Assembly (NCBI GenBank): GCA_023270015.1
Contig: JAGDXZ010000053.1
Location: forward strand, 1-37,076
Length of the DNA stretch: 37,076 nt
Origin: Candidatus Micrarchaeota archaeon
GTDB taxonomy: Archaea > Micrarchaeota > Micrarchaeia > Micrarchaeales > CABMGC01
Reading direction: 5' to 3'
In this document: positions 18,167-27,355 of the stretch, piece after piece
Layout: each line of letters opens with the position of its first letter
How positions within the stretch are numbered: the stretch's first letter is position 1
Notes under the pieces: generated by a model
Told to the model about the DNA's origin: nothing
The model's database searches: none
What the model saw: only the letters and a program-made list of their open reading frames with translations
Position numbers and translations under genes: made by a program

Positions 18167-18511
18167 TCAGCTCTGCTGTTCGTTGCTTAGATCTTGAGAA
18201 TTTGAATTGGCATTGTCTGCCTTCTTCAATATTTCTATTTTTCCATATTTGCCTGGGGAAAGCTGCGGATTGCCTCTGAATTCGTTCACGTATCCATTTG
18301 TTACCTTTATTCTATCTCCTACGTTTATCGATGAAGCGTAGTCTTCCCAAAGGGATATCGCTATGCTTCCGCTATCGTCGCTTAGCACAGCATCGGCCAC
18401 ATTGAGCCTCTTGCCGTATTTTGTAATCACCTCTCTTGGCTCGCTCTTTTCTGTTATTATTCCTTCAACTTCGACGTTGCTTGCACCAGCTTTTAAATCG
18501 ATGATCTTCAT
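18167..18511 (-). CDS. ssb: Single OB-fold single-stranded DNA-binding protein
   Basis: MKIIDLKAG...LSDDSGSIAISLW...INVGDRIKVTNGYVNEFRGNPQL; GGTGA RBS before ATG 18511; polar tail. Confidence 0.9.
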   Translation of the reverse strand: MKIIDLKAGASNVEVEGIITEKSEPREVITKYGKRLNVADAVLSDDSGSIAISLWEDYASSINVGDRIKVTNGYVNEFRGNPQLSPGKYGKIEILKKADNANSNSQDLSNEQQS

Positions 18512-18549
18512 AAAATTCACCAATCAATTAAGGAGTTATGTCGCATAAC

Positions 18550-19257
18550 CTATAATAACTTTTGCTTTTCGCGGTTTGACGAGAAGTTAACCTGCTTTAC
18601 ATATTCCACTACCTCCGAAAGGTCATTTGCCCTTTTTATAGCGTGGCTGTAGAAATTTGGATCTTCGCTCTTATAGGCAATTGTTGGAAAAGCTTTCGCA
18701 ACCTCTACATCATAGCCGTCTCCAACAAACAACACTTCATCTTTCCTAACATGGAGCCTGCTTATTATCCTCTTTATTACCTTGACCTTGTCCATTTCGT
18801 TGCCATCAAGAATATGTGATGCATGTTTGAATGCTTTGTTAGGAAAAGCGAGTATGCCTACGAGCTTGTCATCTGTATTAAACAATGCAATCGGTGCATG
18901 AACCCTGATAAAATTATCTTTTTCAAACTTTTCGTTGACCCTTGCTGCTACTCCTCTCGCAATTACATCCGGTGCCAGTGTTACAATATGGACCTCTATG
19001 CCCATATCAAAAAGTGCAGCTATTGTTTCCTCTACATGAGGCTCTAAAGGCACTGTTCTAGCAACCTCTTCGAATACGCTCTTAGGCAAGCCTGTAAGAA
19101 GGCCAAGTTCTATGCCATGCTCTTCTTTTGGGTTAAGCCTCAACAAACTTTTGACGGCAAACAAATCATCTAAGTCGTTTTGCTCTTTGACAAGCCGCCA
19201 TGTGCTTTTAGGAGTTACAAGCACGCCATCCTGATCGAATATGACCAATTTTATCAT
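18550..19257 (-). CDS. HAD-superfamily hydrolase (phosphoserine phosphatase-like)
   Basis: MIKLVIFDQDGVL motif I, IVT motif II, K motif III and FVGDGYD motif IV. True start is ATG 19257; the track extension runs through the tRNA. Confidence 0.85.
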   Translation of the reverse strand: MIKLVIFDQDGVLVTPKSTWRLVKEQNDLDDLFAVKSLLRLNPKEEHGIELGLLTGLPKSVFEEVARTVPLEPHVEETIAALFDMGIEVHIVTLAPDVIARGVAARVNEKFEKDNFIRVHAPIALFNTDDKLVGILAFPNKAFKHASHILDGNEMDKVKVIKRIISRLHVRKDEVLFVGDGYDVEVAKAFPTIAYKSEDPNFYSHAIKRANDLSEVVEYVKQVNFSSNREKQKLL

Positions 19258-19270
19258 GCAATCCCCAAAG

Positions 19271-19345
19271 CGGGCATGACGGGATTTGAACCCGCAACCA
19301 CTCGGTCCGAAGCCGAGCGCGCTGTCCAAGTTGCGCCACATGCCC
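19271..19345 (-). tRNA. tRNA-Arg (anticodon TCG), intronless, CCA not encoded
   Basis: GGGCATG-TG-GCGC AACTTGGACA GCGC-G-CTCGG CT TCG GA CCGAG-TGGTT-GCGGG TTCAAAT CCCGT-CATGCCC-G folds as a full cloverleaf; TTTATA box about 23 nt upstream. Confidence 0.96.
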
Positions 19346-19376
19346 TAATTATTGCTCGGCTTCCACCTATAAATAC

Positions 19377-19793
19377 CTACTCCTCTTCTCTTTCTATGGG
19401 CTCGAGCCCATCGGCAAATTCTTGCTTAATCAATGGAAGAAGGCGCTTGTATCGCATTTTGTCTGTTTTTGGTATTGGAAGGTTCAGAAGCAGCATGGAA
19501 AATGTGTGCTCTTCGACCTTTTGTGACATGACTTCCCGTATCTCGTCCTCCGTAATATCTTTCCAGCTTTCGTTTATTGCGTGCATGGCTTCGTCTACTA
19601 CTGCTTCTTTATTCAAAGGTTCGCCGTGCATGAAACGATATATGTGCCAACAATGGCTAGAGGAGAGTAGCGCAAAAATCCTTGCCCGATCTACAATCTC
19701 CTGCTCCTCCTTGCTTATTTCCTTCTTCTTTCCAAGCTTCTGTACTTCGGTTGTAAATAGGGCGTATTTGTTCAATACGGACCTATTGGGCAT
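19377..19793 (-). CDS. Hypothetical protein (helical, charged)
   Basis: 138-aa ORF with ATG, an upstream TTTAAATA box and protein-like composition; fills the gap between the tRNA and the next gene. Confidence 0.7.
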   Translation of the reverse strand: MPNRSVLNKYALFTTEVQKLGKKKEISKEEQEIVDRARIFALLSSSHCWHIYRFMHGEPLNKEAVVDEAMHAINESWKDITEDEIREVMSQKVEEHTFSMLLLNLPIPKTDKMRYKRLLPLIKQEFADGLEPIEREEE

Positions 19794-19919
19794 GTTACCC
19801 GTATTATTTTCTCATGCAATATTTAAATAGATATTGAAAACACCTTCGCGCATCATTCATTGTAGAGTCCGAATAGGAAATAAATATAAACCTTAGCTGA
19901 AAAATAATCATGTGGTTTT

Positions 19920-20342
19920 ATGATAACAGGATTGAGTGTAGTGAGTGTAGCCGCGAATAGGCCAAGCCCGGAGACCATAACAAACATGAAGTTCAACATA
20001 AACTTCGATGACGTGAAAGTGGAGAACGACAATGTGGAGATTTCATACACCTTCACAACTACCTACGAAGGCGGTGAAAACAACAGCAAGAACGTAGGTG
20101 ACTTGAAGATCGTAGGAAAGGTATTCATGAAGGAAGATAAGAAAAGGGCAGAAGAGATAAGCAAAAGCTGGAAAGAACAGAAAACCTTGCCTATAGACTT
20201 GGCAGAGGACTTGATAAACCTACTTAATTTTGAGTGCGGCTCAAGAGGAACCCTGCTAGCATGGAGTGTAGGGCTTGTAGCCCCATTGCCTTTAACGAGG
20301 GCAAAGCTGCAGCCGCAGCAGGGTCAGGGCCAGGCTCAATAA
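19920..20342 (+). CDS. Conserved archaeal hypothetical protein, possibly SecB-like fold
   Basis: Beta-strand N-terminal half (FNINFDDV...ISYTFTTTY...LKIVGKVF) followed by helices and a PLPL ending; 28 nt upstream of polB. Confidence 0.7.
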   Translation: MITGLSVVSVAANRPSPETITNMKFNINFDDVKVENDNVEISYTFTTTYEGGENNSKNVGDLKIVGKVFMKEDKKRAEEISKSWKEQKTLPIDLAEDLINLLNFECGSRGTLLAWSVGLVAPLPLTRAKLQPQQGQGQAQ

Positions 20343-20370
20343 CTTATTTCTTAACTTTCTAAGCTTAACC

Positions 20371-22764
20371 ATGAAGATAGAGGGGCTGCTACTAGATATA
20401 GACACGCCTACAGAAGATGGCAAAAGCACGGTAAGGCTTACTGTAAAGACAAAAGAAGGCATAGTTACACTTTTCGATTCCTCATTTTTGCCTTATCTTT
20501 ACCTTCTTCCAAGAAATCCTGAGCTTAGCGTTGATGCCATATCCTCGTTGAAGTTTCCTAACGGCACGGGCATAGCGGAAATAGCAAAGGTAGAGAAGGT
20601 AAAGATGCAACTTCTCAACAAAGAAGTGGAGGTTTTCAAGGTCTATGCTCGCAACGCAAAAGACATACCTACTTTCAAAGAATACCTCCAGGAGTTTGGC
20701 ACATGCTACGAATACGACATACCTTTCTGGAAACGCTATCTCATCGACAAAGATATTTCGCCGATGCTCGGTATCAGCGCAGAAGTGAATAAAGAGAAAG
20801 ACAGACTTGTTGTCGAAAACATAGAAAGCGCGCAAGTAGAGGGCATTGGACTCAAGCACGTATGCTTTGACATAGAAACCTACAACCCAAAGAAGGTTCC
20901 AAGGCCAAAGGAGGATCCGGTAATACTGATAAGCCTAGCAAACGAAAGCATAGCGAAAGTAATATCGGCAAAGCACATAAGCAGAGATTTTGTAATAGAG
21001 GTAAAAAATGAGAGGGAGCTGATAGAGAAATTCGTGGAAATTGTGAAAAGAGAAGACTTTGACGTAATCGCAGGCTACAACTCCTCAAACTTTGACATAC
21101 CTTACCTGATCGAAAGGTCCAAGCGGGTCGGGGCCAAATTTGAATTGGGCAGATACGCAGAGGAAGTTTCAAGCCAGCACCACGGCCTACTAGAATTGGT
21201 AAAAATACCTGGAAGGATAAACATAGACCTTTTTAACACAGCAAAATTCGTTGCGACAGTCGGCACTGCAGAGTACCTGATAAAGGTAAATGCCTTTACG
21301 CTAGGCGAGGTCTACAAGGAGCTTATAGGGAAGGAAAAGAAGACAGTAAACAAGGAAGAAATCTTCAGGCTTTATGACTCAGAAGGCATCACCACGCTTG
21401 CTGAATACTCCCTTGATGATGCCCTGTCAACAGAAGAGCTTTACAAGTTCTTCATGCCTCTTGAGATCGAAATAGCAAAGCTTTGTGGCACCACCTTGGC
21501 AGAGACAGCAGTTTCGACAACTGGGCAGCTTGTAGAGTACCTGCTAATGCGCTACGCCCATAGAAACAATCAGCTAATACCGAACAAGCCCGGCGACGAA
21601 GAAATAGAAGAAAGGCTGTCAACAAGCTTTGAAGGGGCGTATGTAAAAACTCCAGCAGCGGGCATATACAATAACCTAGCTGTACTTGACTTCAGAGGCC
21701 TGTACCCTTCAATAATCATAGCCCACAACATAGACCCTTCAACCATAACCGACGCTTCTGATGACGCATTTGTCGCTCCTACAGGAATAAAATTCAAAAA
21801 AGAGCCGAAAGGAATAATCCCTACGGTGCTAAAGATTCTTATAAAGGAAAGAGAGGGTGTAAAAAAAGAGTACAAGCTACACCCGGAGAACAAGGCGCTA
21901 GGCGCCAGGTCTCAGGCTTTGAAGATAATTGCAAACTCTTTCTACGGCTATCTCGGCTATGCAAGGTCCAGATGGTATTCAAAGGAGTGCAGCTCGAGCG
22001 TAACAGCCTATGGCAGGGAGTATATCCAGAAAACAATAGCGATGAGCGAAGCAGCAGGCTTTCAAGTAATCTACTCTGATACCGATAGCGTAGTACTGCT
22101 TCTTGGAAACAAAACCAAAGATGACGTTCTTGCATTCTTGAAGCAAGTAAACGCATCGTTGCCAGAGTCTATGGAGCTAGAGCTTGAGGATTTCTACGTG
22201 CGTGGCGTATTCGTGGGCAAGCGAACAGGCGAGATAGGCGCGAAGAAAAAGTATGCCCTTCTCTCCGAATCGGGCAGGATAAAAATAAGGGGCTTCGAGC
22301 TTGTAAGAAGGGATTGGTCAAACATCGCTAGAGAAACTCAAAAGAAAGTGCTGGAGGTTATACTCAAAGAAGGCAGCAAGGACAAAGCAGTAGGCATCGT
22401 AAAAGAGACTATCAAAAATCTCAAAGAGGGCAAGGTCAACATAAAGGACCTGGTAATACACACGCAACTCAGGAAAGGCCTCAATTCTTATGATGCCACT
22501 TCTCCGGAGCTTGCGGCTGCGCAGAAAGCAATAAAACGGGGAAAACTGCCAAGCGAGTTGGAAGGCACGACGATAGGCTATGTGATAACAAAACACGGCA
22601 GCAGCATAAGCGAAAAGGCAGAGCTTGAGGAATACGCTCAAGATTATGACGCCGATTACTATATAAGCCACCAGGTAATACCGGCTACTTTGAAGATACT
22701 GAAGGAGCTTGGCGTAAGCGAAGAAGAGCTCAGAGGAAGTGGCACACAAAGAAGGCTAGGTTAA
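20371..22764 (+). CDS. polB: Family B DNA polymerase (PolB3-like)
   Basis: ExoI FDIETY, ExoII GYNSSNFDIPY, ExoIII YSLDDA; polymerase motifs DFRGLYPSII, KIIANSFYGY, YSDTDS, KKKY and GFELVRRDW. Confidence 0.97.
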   Translation: MKIEGLLLDIDTPTEDGKSTVRLTVKTKEGIVTLFDSSFLPYLYLLPRNPELSVDAISSLKFPNGTGIAEIAKVEKVKMQLLNKEVEVFKVYARNAKDIPTFKEYLQEFGTCYEYDIPFWKRYLIDKDISPMLGISAEVNKEKDRLVVENIESAQVEGIGLKHVCFDIETYNPKKVPRPKEDPVILISLANESIAKVISAKHISRDFVIEVKNERELIEKFVEIVKREDFDVIAGYNSSNFDIPYLIERSKRVGAKFELGRYAEEVSSQHHGLLELVKIPGRINIDLFNTAKFVATVGTAEYLIKVNAFTLGEVYKELIGKEKKTVNKEEIFRLYDSEGITTLAEYSLDDALSTEELYKFFMPLEIEIAKLCGTTLAETAVSTTGQLVEYLLMRYAHRNNQLIPNKPGDEEIEERLSTSFEGAYVKTPAAGIYNNLAVLDFRGLYPSIIIAHNIDPSTITDASDDAFVAPTGIKFKKEPKGIIPTVLKILIKEREGVKKEYKLHPENKALGARSQALKIIANSFYGYLGYARSRWYSKECSSSVTAYGREYIQKTIAMSEAAGFQVIYSDTDSVVLLLGNKTKDDVLAFLKQVNASLPESMELELEDFYVRGVFVGKRTGEIGAKKKYALLSESGRIKIRGFELVRRDWSNIARETQKKVLEVILKEGSKDKAVGIVKETIKNLKEGKVNIKDLVIHTQLRKGLNSYDATSPELAAAQKAIKRGKLPSELEGTTIGYVITKHGSSISEKAELEEYAQDYDADYYISHQVIPATLKILKELGVSEEELRGSGTQRRLG

Positions 22765-22766
22765 AT

Positions 22767-23561
22767 TCACGCTTCTATCACAGTCCCTACAACTTCCTCG
22801 CCAATTAGGGCTTTTTGCAATCTACCCGGCACAGTAGCGTTTATAATCATGCATTTTGCACCATACTTTTTTGCTATCTTGTAAAGAAGCATAAGCTTTG
22901 TGCGCATGCCTCCGGTAACATCTATTTTCAGAGAGCCGCCAGTACCTTTAAGCGCTTGTCTTATGTTAGAGCTGTCGATGTGCTCAATGAGCTTTGCATC
23001 CTTGTTTATTTTTGGATCCGAATCAAAAACTCCATCTATGTCGCCGGCAGCTATTACTACGTTTGGCCTAATCTTAGTTGCAAGGTACTCGAAAACCTGC
23101 TCGGTAGAGGCTGCATGCACCCCTTTTACCGAATCAATAAACAAGTCGCCAAAAACAACAGGCACAAAACCATAGTTGAGCGCTGAGATTATATTCGCTG
23201 GATTCCATGAAGTGATTCTGCCATTCTTTGTCAGCCCGCCAGCAGATGGCGGAAACTTTATTGCATTTATGCCGTTTTGGGTCAAAACATCTATTACGAT
23301 ATTGTTAAGCTCGTGCACGGTCTTATGGGCCAGCGCAGCGCCGTATGCGCTCTCCTGTCCGCTCAATCCTTTCTCAAGCCCGTACTTGTGAACTGCAACA
23401 TGGCCAAAGGAACCGCTGCCATGCCCTAGCAGCATTTTGTTTTCGCCTATGCCTGCCTTTATCTCCTTGGCCAGCCTATCTATTTCATTTACTTTTGCAG
23501 TATCGGGCTTGGCTGTATCTGTTATTACGCTGCCGCCGAGCTTGACAAAGTAAAGAGGCAT
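22767..23561 (-). CDS. ipk: Isopentenyl phosphate kinase
   Basis: Amino-acid-kinase fold with VKLGGSVIT, GHGSGSFGH, PVVFGD and DVTGGMRTK. Confidence 0.92.
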   Translation of the reverse strand: MPLYFVKLGGSVITDTAKPDTAKVNEIDRLAKEIKAGIGENKMLLGHGSGSFGHVAVHKYGLEKGLSGQESAYGAALAHKTVHELNNIVIDVLTQNGINAIKFPPSAGGLTKNGRITSWNPANIISALNYGFVPVVFGDLFIDSVKGVHAASTEQVFEYLATKIRPNVVIAAGDIDGVFDSDPKINKDAKLIEHIDSSNIRQALKGTGGSLKIDVTGGMRTKLMLLYKIAKKYGAKCMIINATVPGRLQKALIGEEVVGTVIEA

Positions 23562-23674
23562 CAAATCATTAAAAAGGCACGCTGCAAGCTTAAATAATTT
23601 TTGAATGTGCAGGTTTGTTATTTCAAGCCAAAATTCGACGGCAAGTTTTTATATTTTCTCTCCCAAAAATAATT

Positions 23675-23998
23675 GTGGAAAGGCAAAAGTTTGTCGTGAA
23701 GTCAAGAGAGGAGATGGGCGACTACATCGCATTGAACTGGCTTGAGCCTAGGCTTGCAAAAAAGTTTGGGATAAAAAAGAACCAGATATTTGTAAGAGAA
23801 GACTGGTGGATAGACGCTGTGAAAAGGTCTAGGCTCCACACTCACGAGCTTGTTGAAATAAACCTAAGGCTGAGGAACAAAATGGGTTATGAGCAAGCGC
23901 ACAAAATTGCCAACATTTTCGAAAGAAACGCTCTGAAAGTAATCAAAAAAGCAAGCACACCAATTCCTTTGCCTCCTCCGTCACGCCGCAAGCACTAG
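23675..23998 (+). CDS. Hypothetical protein with HExxE...YxxAH putative metal-binding motif
   Basis: HTHELVEINL...MGYEQAHKIA; GTG 23675 lies about 25 nt after a TTTTATA box (track start TTG 23615). Confidence 0.65.
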   Translation: MERQKFVVKSREEMGDYIALNWLEPRLAKKFGIKKNQIFVREDWWIDAVKRSRLHTHELVEINLRLRNKMGYEQAHKIANIFERNALKVIKKASTPIPLPPPSRRKH

Positions 23999-24390
23999 CT
24001 TCTTTTCAAGTTTAAATAGATCTGCATCTCACGCAAATATTCTTCCATTTCGAAATTATCGGTTCTGCTCAAAGCCGTATAGGTAAGATAAATGACTCTA
24101 TAAGCGCTTGTAAATTTGAGCCATTCCGGCACCCTTTCTCTCAGTTCTTCCTGGCCAAGAAGGCTGAACGCCTTTGCAATAAGCATACTCTGCTTTCTAG
24201 GCCTCTCCATCTGTTCCTCATAGATAAACCTGAGCATTCCATTTTCAAGCGCCTCTTTCACCTCCCCTGAATAATTGTCCAACACTTTAAAAGACTCCCA
24301 GACCTCTCTAGGAATCCTGCCTTCGAATTTCCTTATCTGCTCCTTTAATGCCTTGGTTTCATCATCCAAATCAACAGCGTAGGCTAGCAT
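23995..24390 (-). CDS. Hypothetical protein (helical)
   Basis: 131-aa ORF with ATG and an upstream TTTAAA box; convergent 4-nt overlap with the previous gene. Confidence 0.7.
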   Translation of the reverse strand: MLAYAVDLDDETKALKEQIRKFEGRIPREVWESFKVLDNYSGEVKEALENGMLRFIYEEQMERPRKQSMLIAKAFSLLGQEELRERVPEWLKFTSAYRVIYLTYTALSRTDNFEMEEYLREMQIYLNLKRS

Positions 24391-24501
24391 AAAGAAAAAG
24401 CAGAATTTAGTTTTTTAAAAATTGTGCGCTGAAAAGTAACATGAGATAAATGTGATGAAAAGCCAGCGTAGTTTTATTTTTAACTGTACAAGATAAAAAA
24501 G

Positions 24502-26052
24502 ATGGGCATACTTAGCCTCATTGGCCTTTTGGTATTTGATACTCTTGCTTCGTGGATAAGGATGTTCATAGCGCTAGGGGCATCGATACTTCTAGGGCTA
24601 GGCATAGGAATCTATGCAGCAAGAAGAAAAACTGCTGAAAAGGTCGTTATACCTATAGTAGACATTCTCCAAACTCTCCCAATACTTGCATTCTTCCCTT
24701 TTGTAATTTATGTCATAGTTGCAACCCTGCCCGGCTACATAGGCATAAACGCTGCTGTGATCTTCCTGATTATAACAAGCATGCTGTGGAACATAATATT
24801 TGGAGTTTACGAAGCTGTAAAGACCCTTCCGCAGGAATTCTTGGAGCTCGCAGCTTTGTATAAGCTAAACAAGTGGAAAAGGCTTGCGAAAATTTATGTG
24901 CCTGCAAGCATGCCGAAGGTAATTGACCAATCTACACTCTCGTTTGCCATAGGCCTGTTCTACCTTGTTACTAGCGAGATATTTTCCACAGCCAACTCCA
25001 CATATGCTGTCAAATACGGCATAGGTGTTGAGCTTACGAAGCTTGCAATTAGCAACAACTTTGCCGCATATGCAATAGGCATAGCCGTATTTATTGCTTT
25101 TGTTGTTGCAACAAGACTTTTCTTCTTTGCTAAGCTTGAAAAATACTATACTCGCTATAACGCACCGATCAGGCTCAAGCCTTTGTCGCAAGCAAGGCAT
25201 AGGCAGTATGCTGCGTTTGCACATGCAATTGTTACGCACATACCTAGGATACGGTTTAGAACAGAAAACAAGCAACAGATAGAGAGAGTTTATACGCCAA
25301 AACCTGAAAAGAAGATAATTTCTTCAAAAGCCATAGGATATGCGCTGCTTTCCGTCACAATTTTGCTGATATTATTCTATAGGCCATTCTCTGCAAATGA
25401 GGGCACAGTACTTGCATCGCTTGCCGTGTCTTTCGCAAGGGTATGGCTTGCATTTGCTCTGATAACAATCATCGCTGTGCCACTAGTTGTATACTTGTTG
25501 TTTATGAGCAAACATGCATCTAGCTACCTACTTTTGTTTCAGATCTTGGCTTCTATACCTGCCACAATACTCTTGCCCATCATAGTTACAGCGTTGAAAG
25601 GTCTGCCAATGCATGATGAGCTTGTGGCATTTACTGTTTACTTCCTCAGTGGCATATGGTATGTGGTGTTTAGCACTCTTGCGAATAAGGCGTACATACC
25701 TAGCAATATGCTCGAAGTTAAACGTATATTCGGTGTCAGAGGCATCGAGGCGTGGAAGAAAATGTATTTCTATGCAATACTTCCTGGCCTCATAACAGGA
25801 GCAGTGACAGGCATAGCTGCAGAATGGAACGCAAGTATAGTAGCGGAGTATTTCACAACCTCGGCAATAGGGAGCGGAGCTGTAATAACGAGCGTAGGAA
25901 TTGGAATAGGCAAACTCCTGGACACATCTCTCGACTCTGGGAACCTAAGCCTTATGTTGCTTGGATTATTAAATCTTACAATCATGATTGTTATTATCAA
26001 CAGGTTTGTATGGAACAGGCTTTACAGAAAAATTGAAGCTGTAAGCAAGTAA
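24502..26052 (+). CDS. NitT/TauT-type ABC transporter permease with two fused BPD domains
   Basis: DILQTLPILAFFP, LPQEFLELA...IYVPASMP, then a second domain LASIPAT...AILPGLITG...WNASIVAE. Confidence 0.9.
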   Translation: MGILSLIGLLVFDTLASWIRMFIALGASILLGLGIGIYAARRKTAEKVVIPIVDILQTLPILAFFPFVIYVIVATLPGYIGINAAVIFLIITSMLWNIIFGVYEAVKTLPQEFLELAALYKLNKWKRLAKIYVPASMPKVIDQSTLSFAIGLFYLVTSEIFSTANSTYAVKYGIGVELTKLAISNNFAAYAIGIAVFIAFVVATRLFFFAKLEKYYTRYNAPIRLKPLSQARHRQYAAFAHAIVTHIPRIRFRTENKQQIERVYTPKPEKKIISSKAIGYALLSVTILLILFYRPFSANEGTVLASLAVSFARVWLAFALITIIAVPLVVYLLFMSKHASSYLLLFQILASIPATILLPIIVTALKGLPMHDELVAFTVYFLSGIWYVVFSTLANKAYIPSNMLEVKRIFGVRGIEAWKKMYFYAILPGLITGAVTGIAAEWNASIVAEYFTTSAIGSGAVITSVGIGIGKLLDTSLDSGNLSLMLLGLLNLTIMIVIINRFVWNRLYRKIEAVSK

Positions 26053-26081
26053 ATAAATAAGTAGAGTTAGATGGCGATATT

Positions 26082-26822
26082 GTGAATCTACTCGACGTGG
26101 CTGGAGTTTCATACTTCATAGGCGACCTTGAGATAATAAAAGATGCAACCTTTAAGGCTAATGATGGTGAATTTGTATCACTCATAGGCCCTTCTGGCTG
26201 CGGAAAAAGCACGCTGCTTAGAATAATAGCAGGCCTCATTAGACCTACAAAAGGCAAAGTGATGTATTTGGGAAAGGAGATTGTAGAGCCAATACCAGAA
26301 ATATCTTTCGTGTTTCAAGATTTCGCACTTCTCCCTTGGCTAAACAATGTGGAAAACGTAGAAATAGGGCTCTCAAGGAGCAGCATAAGCGAAGAGGAAA
26401 AAAGGAAAAAGGCGCTTGAGATACTAAGGCACGTAGGCCTAAGCGGGTTTGAATATGCGTATCCTAATGCGCTTAGCGGCGGAATGAAGCAGAGGGTTGG
26501 AATTGCAAGGGCGATAGTGTCAGAGCCTAAAATACTTTTGATGGATGAGCCATTTAGCTCGCTTGACGAATTAACTGCTGAGGCTCTGAGAAAAGATGTT
26601 TATACAATGCTCAAAAGCAAAGATAACCCAGTAAGCTCGGTAATAATGGTAACGCATAATGTTGAGGAAGCTGTCGAACTTTCTGACAAGATCGTTGTAA
26701 TGGCTCAGAAGCCATCTTATGTAAAGAAAATACTTGAGGTGAAAATGGGCAGACCGCGCAACAAATACAGCAAAGAATTCAGAGACTATGTCAACACAGT
26801 CTACAAGCTTCTTACTACTTAG
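26082..26822 (+). CDS. NitT/TauT-type ABC transporter ATP-binding protein
   Basis: Walker A GPSGCGKS, signature LSGGMKQR, Walker B LLMDEPF and VTH switch. Confidence 0.95.
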   Translation: MNLLDVAGVSYFIGDLEIIKDATFKANDGEFVSLIGPSGCGKSTLLRIIAGLIRPTKGKVMYLGKEIVEPIPEISFVFQDFALLPWLNNVENVEIGLSRSSISEEEKRKKALEILRHVGLSGFEYAYPNALSGGMKQRVGIARAIVSEPKILLMDEPFSSLDELTAEALRKDVYTMLKSKDNPVSSVIMVTHNVEEAVELSDKIVVMAQKPSYVKKILEVKMGRPRNKYSKEFRDYVNTVYKLLTT

Positions 26823-26823
26823 C

Positions 26824-27240
26824 CTATTTCACGATTTCCTGCACAAACGCCGGGTAGACATGCCTTATTCCTTTTATGCCCTCGATCCTTTTCACAAACT
26901 CATTGGCTTGACTTGATTTCACTGCTGCAACAAAAATCGCCACATGGTCACCAGTAGTAGTGTAAAGCTCGTTTATCTCAGGCAATCCCTTAAGCTTTAG
27001 TATGACGCTATTGAAGCTCTCAGGGGATATGTCAAGGCCTACAATCATGTGGGTTTTGTCAAGAAGATGGTATTTTATCCTTGCCTTGTAACCTACGACT
27101 ATGCCACTTTGCTCCAAAACTTTTATGCGCCTTCTTACCGCCCCCTCTGTAAGTCCGACATTGTCTGCTATTTCCTGATTAGTCATCTTAGCATTTTTCT
27201 CCAGCATGCTCAGCAGCTTTTCGTCTATAAGATCAACCAT
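26824..27240 (-). CDS. lrpA: Lrp/AsnC family transcriptional regulator (LrpA-like)
   Basis: DLIDEKLLSMLEKNAKMTNQEIADNVGLTEGAVRRRIKVLEQSGIV HTH; RAM domain with TTGDH; start ATG 27240 (the track extension overlaps the prx gene). Confidence 0.9.
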   Translation of the reverse strand: MVDLIDEKLLSMLEKNAKMTNQEIADNVGLTEGAVRRRIKVLEQSGIVVGYKARIKYHLLDKTHMIVGLDISPESFNSVILKLKGLPEINELYTTTGDHVAIFVAAVKSSQANEFVKRIEGIKGIRHVYPAFVQEIVK

Positions 27241-27286
27241 GGAAACACATAAAATTAATTGCATGCACAGATTTATATATTTTTCG

Positions 27287-27301
27287 TAGTAATTAATACT
27301 A
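27287..27301. promoter_or_regulatory. Candidate Lrp operator (inverted repeat TAGTA-N5-TACTA)
   Basis: 15-bp palindrome with an AT-rich core between the divergent lrp and prx promoters. Confidence 0.4.
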
Positions 27302-27355
27302 AAATAGGAATAAATTTTACTGAATTTAGATTTTATATTACGATAAGGTGAGAAA

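Noticed and set aside
19258-19341. N-terminal extension of the HAD ORF in the track
   Set aside because: It runs through the tRNA-Arg cloverleaf; HAD motif I follows ATG 19257 directly.
19271-19345. tRNA as attachment site of an integrated element, or an intron-containing tRNA
   Set aside because: I found no duplicate of the tRNA 3' end and no integrase in the window; the cloverleaf is complete in 75 nt without an insertion.
19180-19830. 216-aa plus-strand ORF
   Set aside because: It is antisense to the HAD gene, the tRNA and the 138-aa gene, with a Ser/Cys-rich shadow composition.
20371-22764. Intein or inactivated PolB
   Set aside because: The length is normal (797 aa) and all exonuclease and polymerase motifs are intact and uninterrupted.
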